DNA from: Schizosaccharomyces osmophilus
Lineage: Eukaryota
Reading direction: 5' to 3'
Length of the DNA: 64,000 nucleotides
NCBI RefSeq assembly: GCF_027921745.1
Contig: NC_079238.1
Location: 4,650,001 to 4,714,000, forward strand
In this document: positions 1 to 12,411 of the stretch, in pieces
Layout of the letters: every line of letters begins with the position of its first letter
How positions within the stretch are numbered: position 1 is the first letter of the stretch
Notes under the pieces: generated by a model
Database searches by the model: none
The model's input: the letters and a program-made list of their open reading frames with translations, nothing else
Told to the model about the DNA's origin: nothing
Made by a program: the position numbers and the translations under genes

Positions 1-442
1 GTTTCCTTCATCTACCTTGAAGAAGCATCCTCGAGTTTGGCATACTTCATACACATTTTTATACTCGCAGTTTGTCAACTGGAATGTCATTTCTATTTAC
101 TTTTTCTTAATTCATTTATCGTTCTTTTATTTAATTTATACTAATAGATTACATACAAAGTCAAGGCAACAAGGCTTCATGTCACGCTTCTTTATCACCC
201 ACTTTTTCCCTATACCTACCTATACGAAGGAATTCGTCGTTAATATCCAATCTTCTCGTTTTTCTACGTACATTGCGTCCATTTTATAGATACTAGAGTG
301 CAATAACGTTTAATTTTGTTTCTTAAATTGTTAGAAAAAATCATTCCATCCGAAAAATTCACGCGACTAATGCATTGTAACTTATTTTCTTAACTCCCGG
401 GGCATCGAAAATATATTCTATTTTGGTACTGCCGTATTTACC

Positions 443-2050
443 ATGAGTATCCCGAAAATGTTTCAGAGTCGCGGAAAGCGAATTGCGTCGGATACTTTTC
501 CAGTTACCAGTTTTTCTTGTAGCTTGGACGAAACATTCGCTGTTCGGCGGGAGTCATACCCTTTTGGACAGCAGGATAGCGAGAATCAATCGTTGGCAAG
601 TATTAGTGTTAAGACAGAACCTATTTTACGCTCTAAAGACAAACAAAAGACGGTTCTCGCTGTTCTTTTGGAATACCGTGATTCTGAAGCGGCGTATGTT
701 CATGACTTACATGTTGCAAGACGATACTATGCTGAACGGTTAAACGGACACGTAAAAAAAAGCGAATGGAAGAAGGTGTTTCATGTCTTTTTAGAATTAT
801 GCCAACAGGCGACATTGTTTGAAAGTGAAATTTCTAAAGCATTTGATGAAGAAATTGCAAACATGACTGAAGATATTCAAGTTTCTGTGCGACTAAAGCC
901 GTCAGTTGCCAAGATATTTCTCAAGTGGCTTCCCAAGCTTTCTTCAGTATACAGTAGGTACTGCCTTGATCAAGATGAAATCGTTACAATCGTTGATAAA
1001 TGGTCTAATAGCCCGTCTATGTCGGATTACTTGCAAGAATGTGATAGCATGGCGAAAATTGAAAGCAAATCTTGGAATTTAGACAGCTTCCTAGTAAAAC
1101 CCATGCAACGCTTCTTAAAATATCCTCTTCTGCTAAACCAGCTATACAAATCAGCCTGTCTAGGAATGATTCAGGATTATGTATTACTTGGAGAAGCGTG
1201 TCATCAGTCAGAACTAGCCAGTCAAAGAGCTAATGAAATGAAGCGTCGGCGGGATATAGTAGTCGATGCTTTGAAGGCTGTAACGGATACCCAAGAAATT
1301 TTGGTGCTCTCTACAGACACAATATCCAAAAAAATTTCAAAGGTAAATTTTTTATATGTTATTGACCGTTGGCTAACAAACCTTTTTTAGCTTAAAACTT
1401 CGATTAACGTTTTCTACATTCCTGAACATGAATATATCGTTTCCCTAATACAAGATTTGTTTTCTTCCTACAGTCACTTGGTCGAGCTTCGGACGTCAAT
1501 ATGCGAATGGATCAAATACTCTAGAATGCATTACACCCATATGCACGCGTTTGTAGATTCCTACGTACGCTTTTGTAAAGAAACACCCTCCATACAGAAG
1601 TGGGTTCCGATTTCCTTAGAGTTGCAAAACATTGCCAAGGGTGCTATTCTGTGTCTTATCGAGCAATGTCAAAAAGATGTACTTAAACCCATGTCGAAAG
1701 CCATTCACTATTGTCGCAACCCTCTGTATATTGCGGATGTTTGGATACAACGTGCTTCAGCATTTTCTAAACGGCGGCATTCTGGTTTGACCATAGAAGC
1801 CGATTTGGAATCGTTTCCGCTGCTAAGCAATTGTTTACTGGAAGAACTACCAACTCTGCTTAGCTTAGCACGTTCTACAACCGATGAATGCATTGTGGCT
1901 TTTTCGAAATCGCAAGCAACCTTCTATGCTACTGTGACGAAAAGTCTGACACCTTTTGTATCTTTGTTTTCAACTGTTAATTTCAGCAATTTAAGGGCCA
2001 TTGAAAATCTAATGGATCAGACTGTTAATAACTCGACAAAATTGGTATAA
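443..2050 (+). CDS. gef3: RhoGEF (DH domain), Gef3-like; 2 exons (443-1342, 1391-2050)
   Basis: DH motifs (SEAAYVHDL, LDSFLVKPMQRFLKYPLLL); intron 1343-1390 GTAAAT..CTAAC..TAG joins the two ORFs in frame; adjacent to cyt1. Confidence 0.8.
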
Positions 2051-2921
2051 GCTTTATTAAAAAACTCTGTCATTCTTTCCTTCCCTCCTTTACCGTTTTC
2101 GACTTCCATTCTTTCTAATGTATTGCGGTCCTTTCTCTTATTATGTATAACACTTTTTATTTACAACTTTTACTTTTGTTTTCAGTCCTTTTCTCCTCTG
2201 TCCTTTTGTTGTGTAATGCTAGTCGTTGTTATTGATTAAAAACCGGGGGTCAAAAATCTATTCCTTTCTACCGTATGGAATCCTATACACATGATAGATG
2301 GCTTTTTAATTCTGATCTAAAGTCTTCATCTGCGAGACTGCATACTTCACCTAACTTATTATTACTCGTCTCTTTTCTTTTGTATTTATTCCAATAATTG
2401 GCTTTATGTTAGTCTAATAATCTGCCAACTCCTTTCTGTTCTATTATCTTGCAGCAATAAAATTACTTAAAAGAGAATCAAAGCCGATCTTTTGTAGCCT
2501 TTGAATGCCCGTCCATTCATTTTTTCAATTGTACCGTTCGTTCATCAGCCGAGTCTTCCAATCCTACGCAATAAAAAATAAATGAATAACTACTCTCTAA
2601 AATATTAAATATAGTATTTCTTAGTGTTTTCCTGTATCGCAAAGAAACGTCGATGGGTCTCCAAAATATGAAAGAAATCTTACAAAATTAAAAAATCGGT
2701 TTAATTCGTCTATATTGTCGTTTCTTATTATAAATATCATCTATTTACTTTTACTTTCCAATCACCAATTTTTTAATTCCTACCCTTGTTGTTAGTCTAC
2801 ACAAAACCGGGAATCGGTGTTCTTAACTTACCAACCACACCTACCTCCACTCACCCAATAAACTAACAGGGAATTATTTCAAAGTGTAGTTTTTTCTTAA
2901 TAAAAGGAAAGAACGATTAGA

Positions 2922-3944
2922 ATGTTTCATTTATTTAAGAAGAAAAGCGAAATGCTAAAATTCGCTCGGTCTGGCGTTAGAGTACGTTTTTTTGGGCCGT
3001 TTTCGGGTCCGCAGGTCTAGAAGGGTAGAATGGGGATCCGATGTGGTTATAGTTGGATGAATAACTAACAAATACAGAGCTTCACTCAGCAAGCTGAACA
3101 GACCAGCAGCAGACGCACTAATATAGCCGTTGCCAGTAGTACCTTGCTTTCCGTTGGTATGGTCGCCTTGTACTACAATGTATACGGACCCAAGCTTTCA
3201 GCTGCTTCTCCAAAGGAAGAAGGATTACATTTTATAAAGCATGAATGGCCTCAAGAAAAATTGCTTAAGGGATTTGACCATGCCAGTCTGCGCCGTGGTT
3301 TCCAGGTTTACCGTGAGGTTTGTTCTGCTTGCCATGCACTTGATTACATCGCCTGGCGTCATTTGGTGGGTGTCACCCATACCGCTGACGAAGTGAAGGA
3401 AATGGCCAGCGAGTATGAATATGAAGACGGTCCGGACGATGAGGGTAAGATGTTCAAGCGTCCCGGTAAGCTTTCCGACTTCCTGCCTGCTCCTTATCCC
3501 AACGTTGAGTCTGCTCGTGGCGCCAACAACGGTGCTGCTCCTCCCGACCTTTCCTTAGTTGTCCGTGGTCGTCACGGTGGTCCTGATTACGTTTATTCCC
3601 TTTTGACCGGTTACGTGGATCCTCCTGCTGGTGTCGAGATTCCTGATGGCATGAACTTCAACCCCTTTTTCCCTGGTACTCAAATTGCTATGGCTCGCCC
3701 CTTGTTTGACGAAGCCGTTGAATTTGAAGATGGAACTACCGCTACCACTTCCCAAGCTTCCAAGGATGTCGTCAACTTCCTTCATTGGGCCAACGAGCCT
3801 GACTTGGATACACGCAAGAAGATGGGATTCCAAGTCATGACTGTTTTGACCATCATGACTGCCATTAGCATGTGGTACAAGAGATTCAAGTGGTCACCCA
3901 TCAAGAACAGAAAGATCGTATACCAACGCCCCGTCAGCAAGTAA
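2922..3944 (+). CDS. cyt1: Cytochrome c1; 2 exons (2922-2981, 3078-3944)
   Basis: Heme motif CSACH, RRGFQVYREVC, C-terminal TM anchor; intron GTACGT..CTAAC..CAG restores a mitochondrial presequence. Confidence 0.97.
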
Positions 3945-4212
3945 GTCAAATCTTAGTTTTACAGTCCTTGAGCCTTAAGGGCCATTCAAGTCTTAAAACT
4001 CGTTTTTTCTTTCTCCAGCTTTCTTTGTCTTTTTTTTTAAAATTTTACTTTTTGAAAATGAAAATGAAAGAAATTACAGAGAATAAATCTGTTTTACTTT
4101 TTTTTTGAATTTTCCGACCTTGCTACATGTTCGTTTCTGGACATCTTCGTTATTTGACTAATATTCCCCTCCCCCCTTTTCTTTCAGTTTCTTCGTCTCT
4201 TTCTTTTGATTT

Positions 4213-4215
<3 letters not shown>

Positions 4216-4243
<28 letters not shown>
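4216..4243. repeat. (AG)14 microsatellite
   Basis: Read directly, downstream of cyt1. Confidence 0.95.
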
Positions 4244-4915
4244 TCTATAAGCTCCTTTGTCTTACGGAAGCACTAAAGCATATAAATTGGTTTTCCTAAG
4301 TGTGAACAGCGTGTGCTATCTCCTTTCTTTTTACAATTTATGTCACGACGAACTTAAAATACCAATCCTTGTTATCACTTATTGAATTTTATTTTATACT
4401 TTGACTGTGTAAGATTTATTCTGTGGGTTTTAATTGCTCGTTGTCGAGGCCCTAATAAAACTCATAAAACTCGATTATTCCGAACGCATAGAGTAGTCAG
4501 CTCATACATAATTGAAATCCTTTTTTATTTGAAAAATACAATTTGCTGAATGGGAACCTTGCTCATCGCGGATTCTTCTGTACTTATCACAAACTTTTTA
4601 CTTGAGCTTCGTAGTAATCTTTAAATAATGGCTAGAATTAGCACAATGGATTACCGTGTATATGCATTCTTTCTTTCTTAAGTCATGACTTACGCAAACT
4701 TGTATTAAAGAAAATTTCCTATCACCAACGTCTCAAAAAATAATCGTATTTGTAAACGGTTACGAAAGTAGCAAAATAGTAAAATCATTAACTTAATCTT
4801 TCGAAGCTTCTTATATAGTCAAGAGCAATTGATAGCTTATTCAGTTGAGCTCTGACCACTAACGATTGAACGAATTGGCAAAGTATTAGGAAATAACCTG
4901 CTAACGATTACGAAA

Positions 4916-5974
4916 ATGAAACTTGTGATTGGAACAGCTACTGACGCCCCGGTTCCTGTGTACGACTTTCAAAAGAAAGCAATCACAGAACGATTGGCTG
5001 GAGTTTCTAGTCCAACATGGATTGAATGGGAAAACAAGAGCAAGCACCTTTACGTTGCTAATGAAGTCGAGAATGGTTTCGTTAGCGTATTTAAGTGGGA
5101 TTCCAACAAATTTGAGAAAGTCGACGAGTTTTCTGTTCAAGGTCATAGCCCTACCAGCCTATGTGTTTTGGAAAATGGTGCAGTAATCACGGCTAATTAT
5201 GGAAGTTCCTCCATTAGCAAAAAGCATAAGAAGAATAAAGAAGTACCTGCTCCAGTTCATGAGAAGCCTCATGTCTGGTATCATGAGGGAAAGTCTTTAC
5301 ATCCCGAGCGCCAAAGAAAATCTCATCCTCATCAAGTTTTGAAGCACGGACACTTGGTTTTCTCTGTTGATTTAGGTCTTGATCGAGTGGCTATATTTGA
5401 CTCTGAAACTACTTCGACAGATCCGATAGCAGTACTAAAGGTTCCGTCGGGATATGGTCCCAGGCACGCAGTTGTGCACAAAACACTTCCTGTTTTATAC
5501 GTTATTTGTGAGCTTTCAAATCGCATATGCGTGTTTGATACCAGAAATTTTGAATGCATTCAAGATGTGTCCATCCTTCCCGCAAATGTGACTTTAGAGC
5601 ACGACCCCCAATTCCCGCAGCCACCCAGTGCTGCTGAGATTGCAATAGTTTATGATGGACCTTTCCTTGTGGCTTCTACACGCTACCTTGGAAATTACGA
5701 TACTGATACATTGTGGACATCGTCTCTGGATCCTCATACCGGTCGAATAATTGAAGGCACCGATTCGCATACAGATTTGCAAGGACGATGCCCAAGACAT
5801 TTTGTGTTCAACGAAGGTGCTTCTTTACTGGCAGTTGCAATGCAGGATGAAGATTTAGTTCAGGTCTACAAAAGAGAGCCAAAAACCATGAAGTTAGATC
5901 TTTTATTTACTATCCCCACGCCCAAGCCTACTTGCGCTGTGTTTATTGAAGACGAGGCCCTTGAAGCAAAGTAA
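4916..5974 (+). CDS. 6-phosphogluconolactonase / cycloisomerase-2 family beta-propeller
   Basis: Motifs [36 protein letters not shown]. Confidence 0.88.
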   Translation: MKLVIGTATDAPVPVYDFQKKAITERLAGVSSPTWIEWENKSKHLYVANEVENGFVSVFKWDSNKFEKVDEFSVQGHSPTSLCVLENGAVITANYGSSSISKKHKKNKEVPAPVHEKPHVWYHEGKSLHPERQRKSHPHQVLKHGHLVFSVDLGLDRVAIFDSETTSTDPIAVLKVPSGYGPRHAVVHKTLPVLYVICELSNRICVFDTRNFECIQDVSILPANVTLEHDPQFPQPPSAAEIAIVYDGPFLVASTRYLGNYDTDTLWTSSLDPHTGRIIEGTDSHTDLQGRCPRHFVFNEGASLLAVAMQDEDLVQVYKREPKTMKLDLLFTIPTPKPTCAVFIEDEALEAK

Positions 5975-6362
5975 TTGCTTGAATGATTAGATTCATTTAA
6001 TACGCTATCTATCTATTACGAACAAGTCGTACAAACTACAAACAGTACAGGCTCTATGAATATATATTTCAGAACTTACCCTCATTTGCTAAGATAATTT
6101 TATCAGCTGAAATGTTTTTAGATCAAATAATGCCCATGAATTGTCACTAAATAATATTTATTAACTATTTTCACTACAATAAAAGACACGAAGATCGAAA
6201 AAAGAAAGTGTCACAACATAAGGTGTAATTAAGTATATCAGTCGCTGGATATGGAAATTATGCGTCATGTATCAAGGTCATTGACAATTAAATTTTTTTG
6301 CAGTTTAGATAAAGTTCAAATCAATATAGTAAGAAGATCAGAAATTATAAAAAGCAATGAAC

Positions 6363-7892
6363 TTAAGCTCGAGACTCGATATGCTTTTTCAACATAGAAT
6401 CTGCATTTTCTTTAAGTAGGGAAGAAAGTCTCTCAATTTGTTCATTAGTATGCCCAGTGGATATGCAAATTCGCAAAGAGGGTTGAAGCTTGAGACGCTC
6501 CATTTTCTCAACGCGCTTAGCACGAGAAATCAAGAAGCCTTGATCCTTACAATATTCCACTATATCTTGCAAAATCGCAACTTGCTTGTTATAAGGAATA
6601 GACTTCTTTGTCAAATGGAGGTAAATTACAGGAGATTCAAGGTCACTAGTGGTATCAAAGAACTCGTTTCTTGTAAGCGCGGCATGGAAGAGAGCACACT
6701 TGCTACGTAAATCATTCAACATGGATCCACCATCACGATTGAGAATTGCAATGGCTTCATAAGAAGCAGTCGCCAACGCAGCAGGGAGAGCTGCACTAAA
6801 AATGAAAGCCATACCAGAAAGACGTTGATGCTCGACCATAAGGGTGGATCCGGCACAAAATCCACCACCGCCAGCCAAACTGGTGTTCAAAGAACCAATA
6901 ATCATCTCCACATCGTTAGGAGAAACCGAAAAATGTTCAGTCAATCCTTTACCGGTACGACCACATGTACCAAAAGACCAAGATTCATCGAGAATTAAGC
7001 GGTACTTGTACTTCTTTTTCAAAGCAACTACTTTTGAAAGATCAACCATATCTCCCAAATTTTCAGAAATACCTTCTGTGATGATAAATCGGCGCGTCAA
7101 AGGACGATTGTGACGTTGAAAGTCGTTCTCGAGTTCTTGAAGTATGCGTTCCAAATCTTTCATATCATTGTGTTTGAAGTAACGAATAGTTGATCGAGAA
7201 ATCTGTATTCCCTTCTGAATGGCAAAATTGCAAGCCTCGTCTACGATCAATATGTCACCACGCTTGGAGAAAGCAGGAATAACCGAGGAAATAGTTTGAA
7301 ACGACTGAGCGTACACAATAGTTGCTTCGACGCCAATGAAAGAGGCAATATCTTTTTCTAGACGCATGTGTTTATCCTGAGAACCATAGAAATTCGGTGG
7401 TCCGCAAGCTCCTAAACCACATTCACGTATAGTCCTCACCGTAGCATCGTTGATGTATTTATTCTCAGCCAAACCAAGAAAATTGAAAGAGCTAAAGTTG
7501 ATGATGGAACGACCATCGGTCAACTTTGTAGATATATGAGTGGATTCAAGGACGGTAAGAGAATTCAGCTCTAATTTTTCCATCTCATCTAAAGGAGATA
7601 CAAGAGGTTCAGGTTTCCAATCAGCTACCAGTTCATTTACCTCTTTCCCGGTGAGTTCTACATAGTTATTATCAGGTGAAGTCTTCGGTTTTCTCAAGAC
7701 ATAGTAAGCGGCAAAGACAAGCAAAAGGAACTCAATGAAAGTTCTTAAAGGATCATTCTGATATGAGGATTTAACGTAAATCTTTAAAACGTTTGATCCC
7801 GGTAAAATATCAAGTAATTTTCCCAAAAACGTTACGGTTTGATTGTAATAAGCATACACATCATCCACGAAGGGATAAGTTGAATAACTCAT
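6363..7892 (-). CDS. lcb1: Serine palmitoyltransferase subunit Lcb1
   Basis: [42 protein letters not shown]. Confidence 0.95.
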   Translation of the reverse strand: MSYSTYPFVDDVYAYYNQTVTFLGKLLDILPGSNVLKIYVKSSYQNDPLRTFIEFLLLVFAAYYVLRKPKTSPDNNYVELTGKEVNELVADWKPEPLVSPLDEMEKLELNSLTVLESTHISTKLTDGRSIINFSSFNFLGLAENKYINDATVRTIRECGLGACGPPNFYGSQDKHMRLEKDIASFIGVEATIVYAQSFQTISSVIPAFSKRGDILIVDEACNFAIQKGIQISRSTIRYFKHNDMKDLERILQELENDFQRHNRPLTRRFIITEGISENLGDMVDLSKVVALKKKYKYRLILDESWSFGTCGRTGKGLTEHFSVSPNDVEMIIGSLNTSLAGGGGFCAGSTLMVEHQRLSGMAFIFSAALPAALATASYEAIAILNRDGGSMLNDLRSKCALFHAALTRNEFFDTTSDLESPVIYLHLTKKSIPYNKQVAILQDIVEYCKDQGFLISRAKRVEKMERLKLQPSLRICISTGHTNEQIERLSSLLKENADSMLKKHIESRA

Positions 7893-8336
7893 TCCAGGAG
7901 ACCTTTTCTATATAAAAAATTTCTAAATTCACAAGAATCGCAACTATGCACCTTCAGATTCACTACTCTTGGTTGCTTGTGCTGTCCTTGGGTGTTTGTG
8001 AGAAGGCTAGGTGACTACCCGTCGTAAATAGACGTTGTTATGATTCCTTTCAGGCAAGTTTTTGGAAATTTTACAGTACTTCTACTAATGAAATGTTATT
8101 AAAAGAGATTTTGAAATAAATTTTATCTAGGCTTCTCTCAGTGATTTGTACTATTGACTTACTCAAGAACCACCAATTTTAAGGTGTAAAATTATCATAA
8201 AAAATAAAATAAAAAGTAACTTTACAAATCTAAATATTCAATGCACGAAGGGATGTTCATATCACAGGTAGAAATATGAATCATTCATTGTGAAAACCGG
8301 GAAAGTATACAGAAGGGGAAAGACTATGCTTTTGAG

Positions 8337-9239
8337 TTAAAACTCGTCGGCAAAAGGTATAAATTTCAATAATGAAGGATCACGCGGATCAAAAGTACAC
8401 AGCGAAGACCGAAGTAAAAAGTTTAGGATTTTTTCATTTGTAACTTTTGTAAAGGAAGGACTAGAAGAAGTAGCTTGGTTCATTAGTTCCTAAAATTATA
8501 ATGGTTAACAGACTGCGGCGGACAAGAAAGAAGGAGGGTATACGGAATCACTTACTTCTAGAACATGTTTCAACTCTTCCAATTCCTCGAGCTGATTAAC
8601 ATTGGCAAATTTATCAATAGTTGCTCTCTGTTTCCGTTCATTAGCACTTAAATTTCCCTTAGACCAGGGCCCTTCTAAAAGTTCCCTGTAATGGTTGTCC
8701 AGGAATTCATTAAGGAAGGTGAAAAGTTCCATAGAGGACTTGGAAACATCATCTTTTTCTTGAAGTATTTTTTTGTTTATAAAGCTTTTCTTCCCTTTTC
8801 TACTAATCGTGTCTTGCTGCTTCAGCCGTTCGGATAAGCTTGTGTTTAACGTTTCCATGTCCCTTCGATACTGCCTTATTTGTTGATATTCTTCATTCAG
8901 TAGATCCTTTACCTTCTTGGATGATTCCAATTTATGTTCTAGGTCATTCACACTGTCCTCTAGAGTTCTCCTTTTCAAGATGGATGCTAAGGCTGGATGT
9001 TTCTTCAAGTGAAGATATTCCTGTACGCAATCTCTGTATATTTTTTGAACATCCTTGGATGATTCACTTTCCCTTTGATGATATTCTCCAATCCGTTTTA
9101 GACATTTGTAAATCACTCTTTGCAATTCAACTTCTGCATTGCTGTCTGGCTGCAATAAGTCAAAGCTGGCCTCCTTATGAGAATTTAGCCGTGTCAAGGA
9201 TGGCTCTTTTGGAGAATTATGATCTTTGTTTGAGTCCAT
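8337..9239 (-). CDS. sim4: Kinetochore protein Sim4 (CENP-K-like); 2 exons (9239-8556, 8489-8337)
   Basis: Coiled-coil ORF; intron GTAAGT..TTAAC..TAG gives C-terminus FLLRSSLCTFDPRDPSLLKFIPF; position next to lcb1. Confidence 0.75.
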
Positions 9240-9484
9240 AATGCTACTCGAATCCAACTTTAGCCGACCTGAAACGTATATGTGAAGTCGATTGAAAGAA
9301 TTGATATAGCGTTTTCTCTTCCAGATAGACTTATAGTATTAATGTGTGGAGTAGAACCACTGCGTCGGTGAAATCTGTCATCATGAAATCTTCATGAATT
9401 GACTGTGTGATACAATGGCAGCAGAAAACAGGAAAAATGAAAAAAAAAGGTGATAATAAAGGATGCAAAAAGAAAGGATATGAA

Positions 9485-9603
9485 AGCATACAGCACCCCG
9501 GATTCCCATGTTGTCTCCAACCATAGTACTAACGAGACCCTCAGACGCTTAACTGCAGTGATCGGACGGGAACTGGTGTTTTCGCCTAGGTGTGGCCGTA
9601 GAC
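9485..9603 (-). rRNA. 5S rRNA gene, copy 1
   Basis: 119-nt reverse complement GTCTACGGCCACACCTAGGCGAAAACACCAGTTCCCGTCCGATCACTGCAGTTAAGCG...GTGCTGTATGCT, matching fission-yeast 5S. Confidence 0.97.
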
Positions 9604-10321
9604 GTTTGTTGTGTTTTGTAAAAATAAATGGGTTCATTATTGATCCAGTCGTTTTGGCTTGATGAACTACAAGATCCAATTCGGCTCTGTTCCATCTGGT
9701 AATTTATCACGGTTGAATGGAGAATGCTTTCGTATTGTAAGAATAAGATTTGAAAACACGCAGTTTTCTCTTTTCTATTGATTCACATTGTGGTCGCAGA
9801 AGCATGAGATTGAGTGTTTGAGTTTATGGGCTGAAAAAGTTGTAGTTCTATAAATCGGTTCTACTTAAACGTTTTTCATGGTCCGTCGACTTGACTCTCT
9901 AAATAAACGATAATTTCATTAATTAAGCTACATCTGTCGAATCTTTCGATATGAAGACTTGTGCTTTCTACGCTGTGAATCATTTGTACCTCTGGCGGTA
10001 ATCACTTTCGTTCTTACAATTAATGAAAGACACGACACATTGTTGAGTAAAAAACTAGTTAATTACGATGTTATTTTCGTCAGAATAATTAAATAATCAT
10101 TAAAAAGGATGTCTATAAATGAAGAAAATGAACGATGCATAAACAACGGTGCTGTGAAACAAATAAAAAAAGAGTGAATTAGTAAAGCAATCAAAGTCTG
10201 CCGGATTCATCAAATGCTTGCTTTTGTGAGAGCAAATACAGGAACTTGGTAGACTGCAATTGACATCGATGTTTCCAAAGAAGGAGCGATATATAAAGAA
10301 TGAAAGCGGATTCGGTAAAAG

Positions 10322-11420
10322 TCAAACTTCAGCCCGCTCAGCAAGAGGTTGAAGTTCGATTTCTTCGTTCCGAGGTGTTTCTTCTCCTCGATTTGTTCCT
10401 TATAAATAGGTTAGTAGGATGTTAAAGAAAACATAACACAATGTACAATACCTGAATCCCACAACAAAAAGTCTACCATAACGCTTAGACTCATTCCTAT
10501 GCTCTTTTTCACGGTTTTTACGAAACTAACGCAGCTAGAGTTTACGCTTTCTCGAGCCTTTCCGTTTACTAGAATAGTTAGAATAGTTCACAGGTTGTAT
10601 GGCATACTCGAAAGAAAAAGAAACAAGACAGAATCAACAAAACAAACAGCATAGGAAAATTGATTGTTTATCTTTTCAAATCCTGTTAACTTCTTTGCAG
10701 CATAATACACGACAAAACCAGGGACATTGAGAAAACACACATATAATGCTGCGATACACATAGCTGACAATACGTTTTTGGTTGCTCTTCCAGCTTGCGT
10801 GAACCATTCTTTAGGCATTTGAGTTATTACTAATAGTTAGTGAGTCATTAAAAATCCTGAAATTAGTTTCTTACCAATTGTCAATGACAGAAATAGAGCG
10901 CACCAAACGCCAAAAAGTACCCAAACGGCAAGCTGATTAAACGGAATTTCATAAACAAGAAGAATGACCCTCGCAACAATCAAGCATACATTATATACAA
11001 TAAAAATAGCAAAAACAATTGCTAATTCACGAGGCGTCAGATATCTTTTCTTTTTAGAACTTTCTTCTGTTTCAGGAGCCATTTCGAGATCAATAAATTT
11101 GGTTGAAGCTAATGGATGTATTAGTAACTGTTCTTTCGTTGTTTGTGAAAAGGATAGAGGTATTCGCCCTGTTTGTTGACACTTATCGACAAGGTTATTC
11201 ATCTCAAACCCAACAAATAAATAAACAAGCATGATTCTTCCATCAAAAACCGCTCAAAAAGCACGCAAAAAATCAACCTTTCCTTTCTATTTCAACTAAT
11301 CTTACCTGAATACGGAGGAGGCGTACCATCTGAAGGAGACGACTGACTATCTGCCTTTTCATCATTGAGCGTTTTGGAAGAGTCATCAGAATCTGAAATA
11401 GGAGTATATTTGTTTTTCAT
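10322..11420 (-). CDS. wtf: wtf-family meiotic driver/antidote gene; 5 exons (11420-11306, 11108-10875, 10829-10608, 10568-10452, 10398-10322), 254 aa
   Basis: Exon 1 MKNKYTPISDSDDSSKTLNDEKADSQSSPSDGTPPPYS (wtf-like N-terminus with PY motif); hydrophobic TM exons; C-terminus EEIELQPLAERAEV*; four canonical phase-1 introns; 765-nt open spliced frame; next to 5S rDNA. Confidence 0.9.
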
Positions 11421-11778
11421 ATTTACAATGGCAATTAGAGCCCAAAATGATACTGACTTTTACACTCTAAATGAAATCAACTAGAATCACCAAGAAAAGT
11501 CCGTAGGAACTGGTTCCGCTCTTCACAGATCTGTCAGAAAAAGGAATTGGACCTTGCTTAAAAAGCAAACTAACCTTACAACACGAGTGTTCCCTTAAAA
11601 CCAAAGATGCGAGTTTGAAAAAATCTTGGTAATGGCTTTTCGCATGTCTTAATTCATAAAAGCAGCGACATTATGTCACTGACTGGTCACAGTCCTCGTT
11701 ACGATTATTCAACGTTGGTTTTTTATTGCGATTTGTCGTAATAGTATAATCCAAAAGAGTCGTCGTTTATTACAAAAA

Positions 11779-11787
11779 GTAAACAAA
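11779..11787 (+). promoter_or_regulatory. FLEX-like forkhead (Mei4) site GTAAACAAA in the wtf/wag divergent intergenic region
   Basis: Matches the GTAAAYA core; short motif, function inferred only. Confidence 0.4.
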
Positions 11788-12411
11788 GGAACATTTGGCA
11801 AAAACAACCATGCTGTTTGCTTAAATTATAAAAACAGGATTAGAAATGCATATCTTTGTATTAGAAGGTTCCGTGATTTTGGCTTAATGAACTCCAGGGA
11901 AAAGGATTGAACACTCTAGATTTTCGTAGCCTTACTTTCAGCAAATTCATCGGAAGTTTGTAAAAGCATTGTTTCAACTATCACGAACAGCATTTATACT
12001 GACAAGTACATCTTTCTTTTTATTTAATTTATTTTGATTACACGATAGAAACAAACAAAAGCGATTTCGGACAGTTCATCAATTGTATATATAAATAGAA
12101 TAGCGTACGCTTACTAACTATCGGTAATTTGGTTTAACGAAATGTAACATACAGATGCCAATGGGTGGATGTCAACTTCACCTCTACAAAACTCTAACCA
12201 TTGCCATTGCGGGCTCATTTCTCGGCTTTTATAGGAACTTTTGTTAGCGTTTTACTTTTATTTGTAGCGCTAGTTGATCTGGGCGCTTTTTTTCGAAAAT
12301 TGTAAGCGTTTTGGTCCTTTTACTACGTAATTTGATAATAGTCGCAGTATCTTCCTTACCATTGCAAAGGCGATTGAGTAACTCTTTAAGTCTCAGCTTT
12401 TATCAACAAAA

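Noticed and set aside
9392..9679. ORFs overlapping the 5S genes (also 13718-13918)
   Set aside because: Incidental frames across rRNA genes
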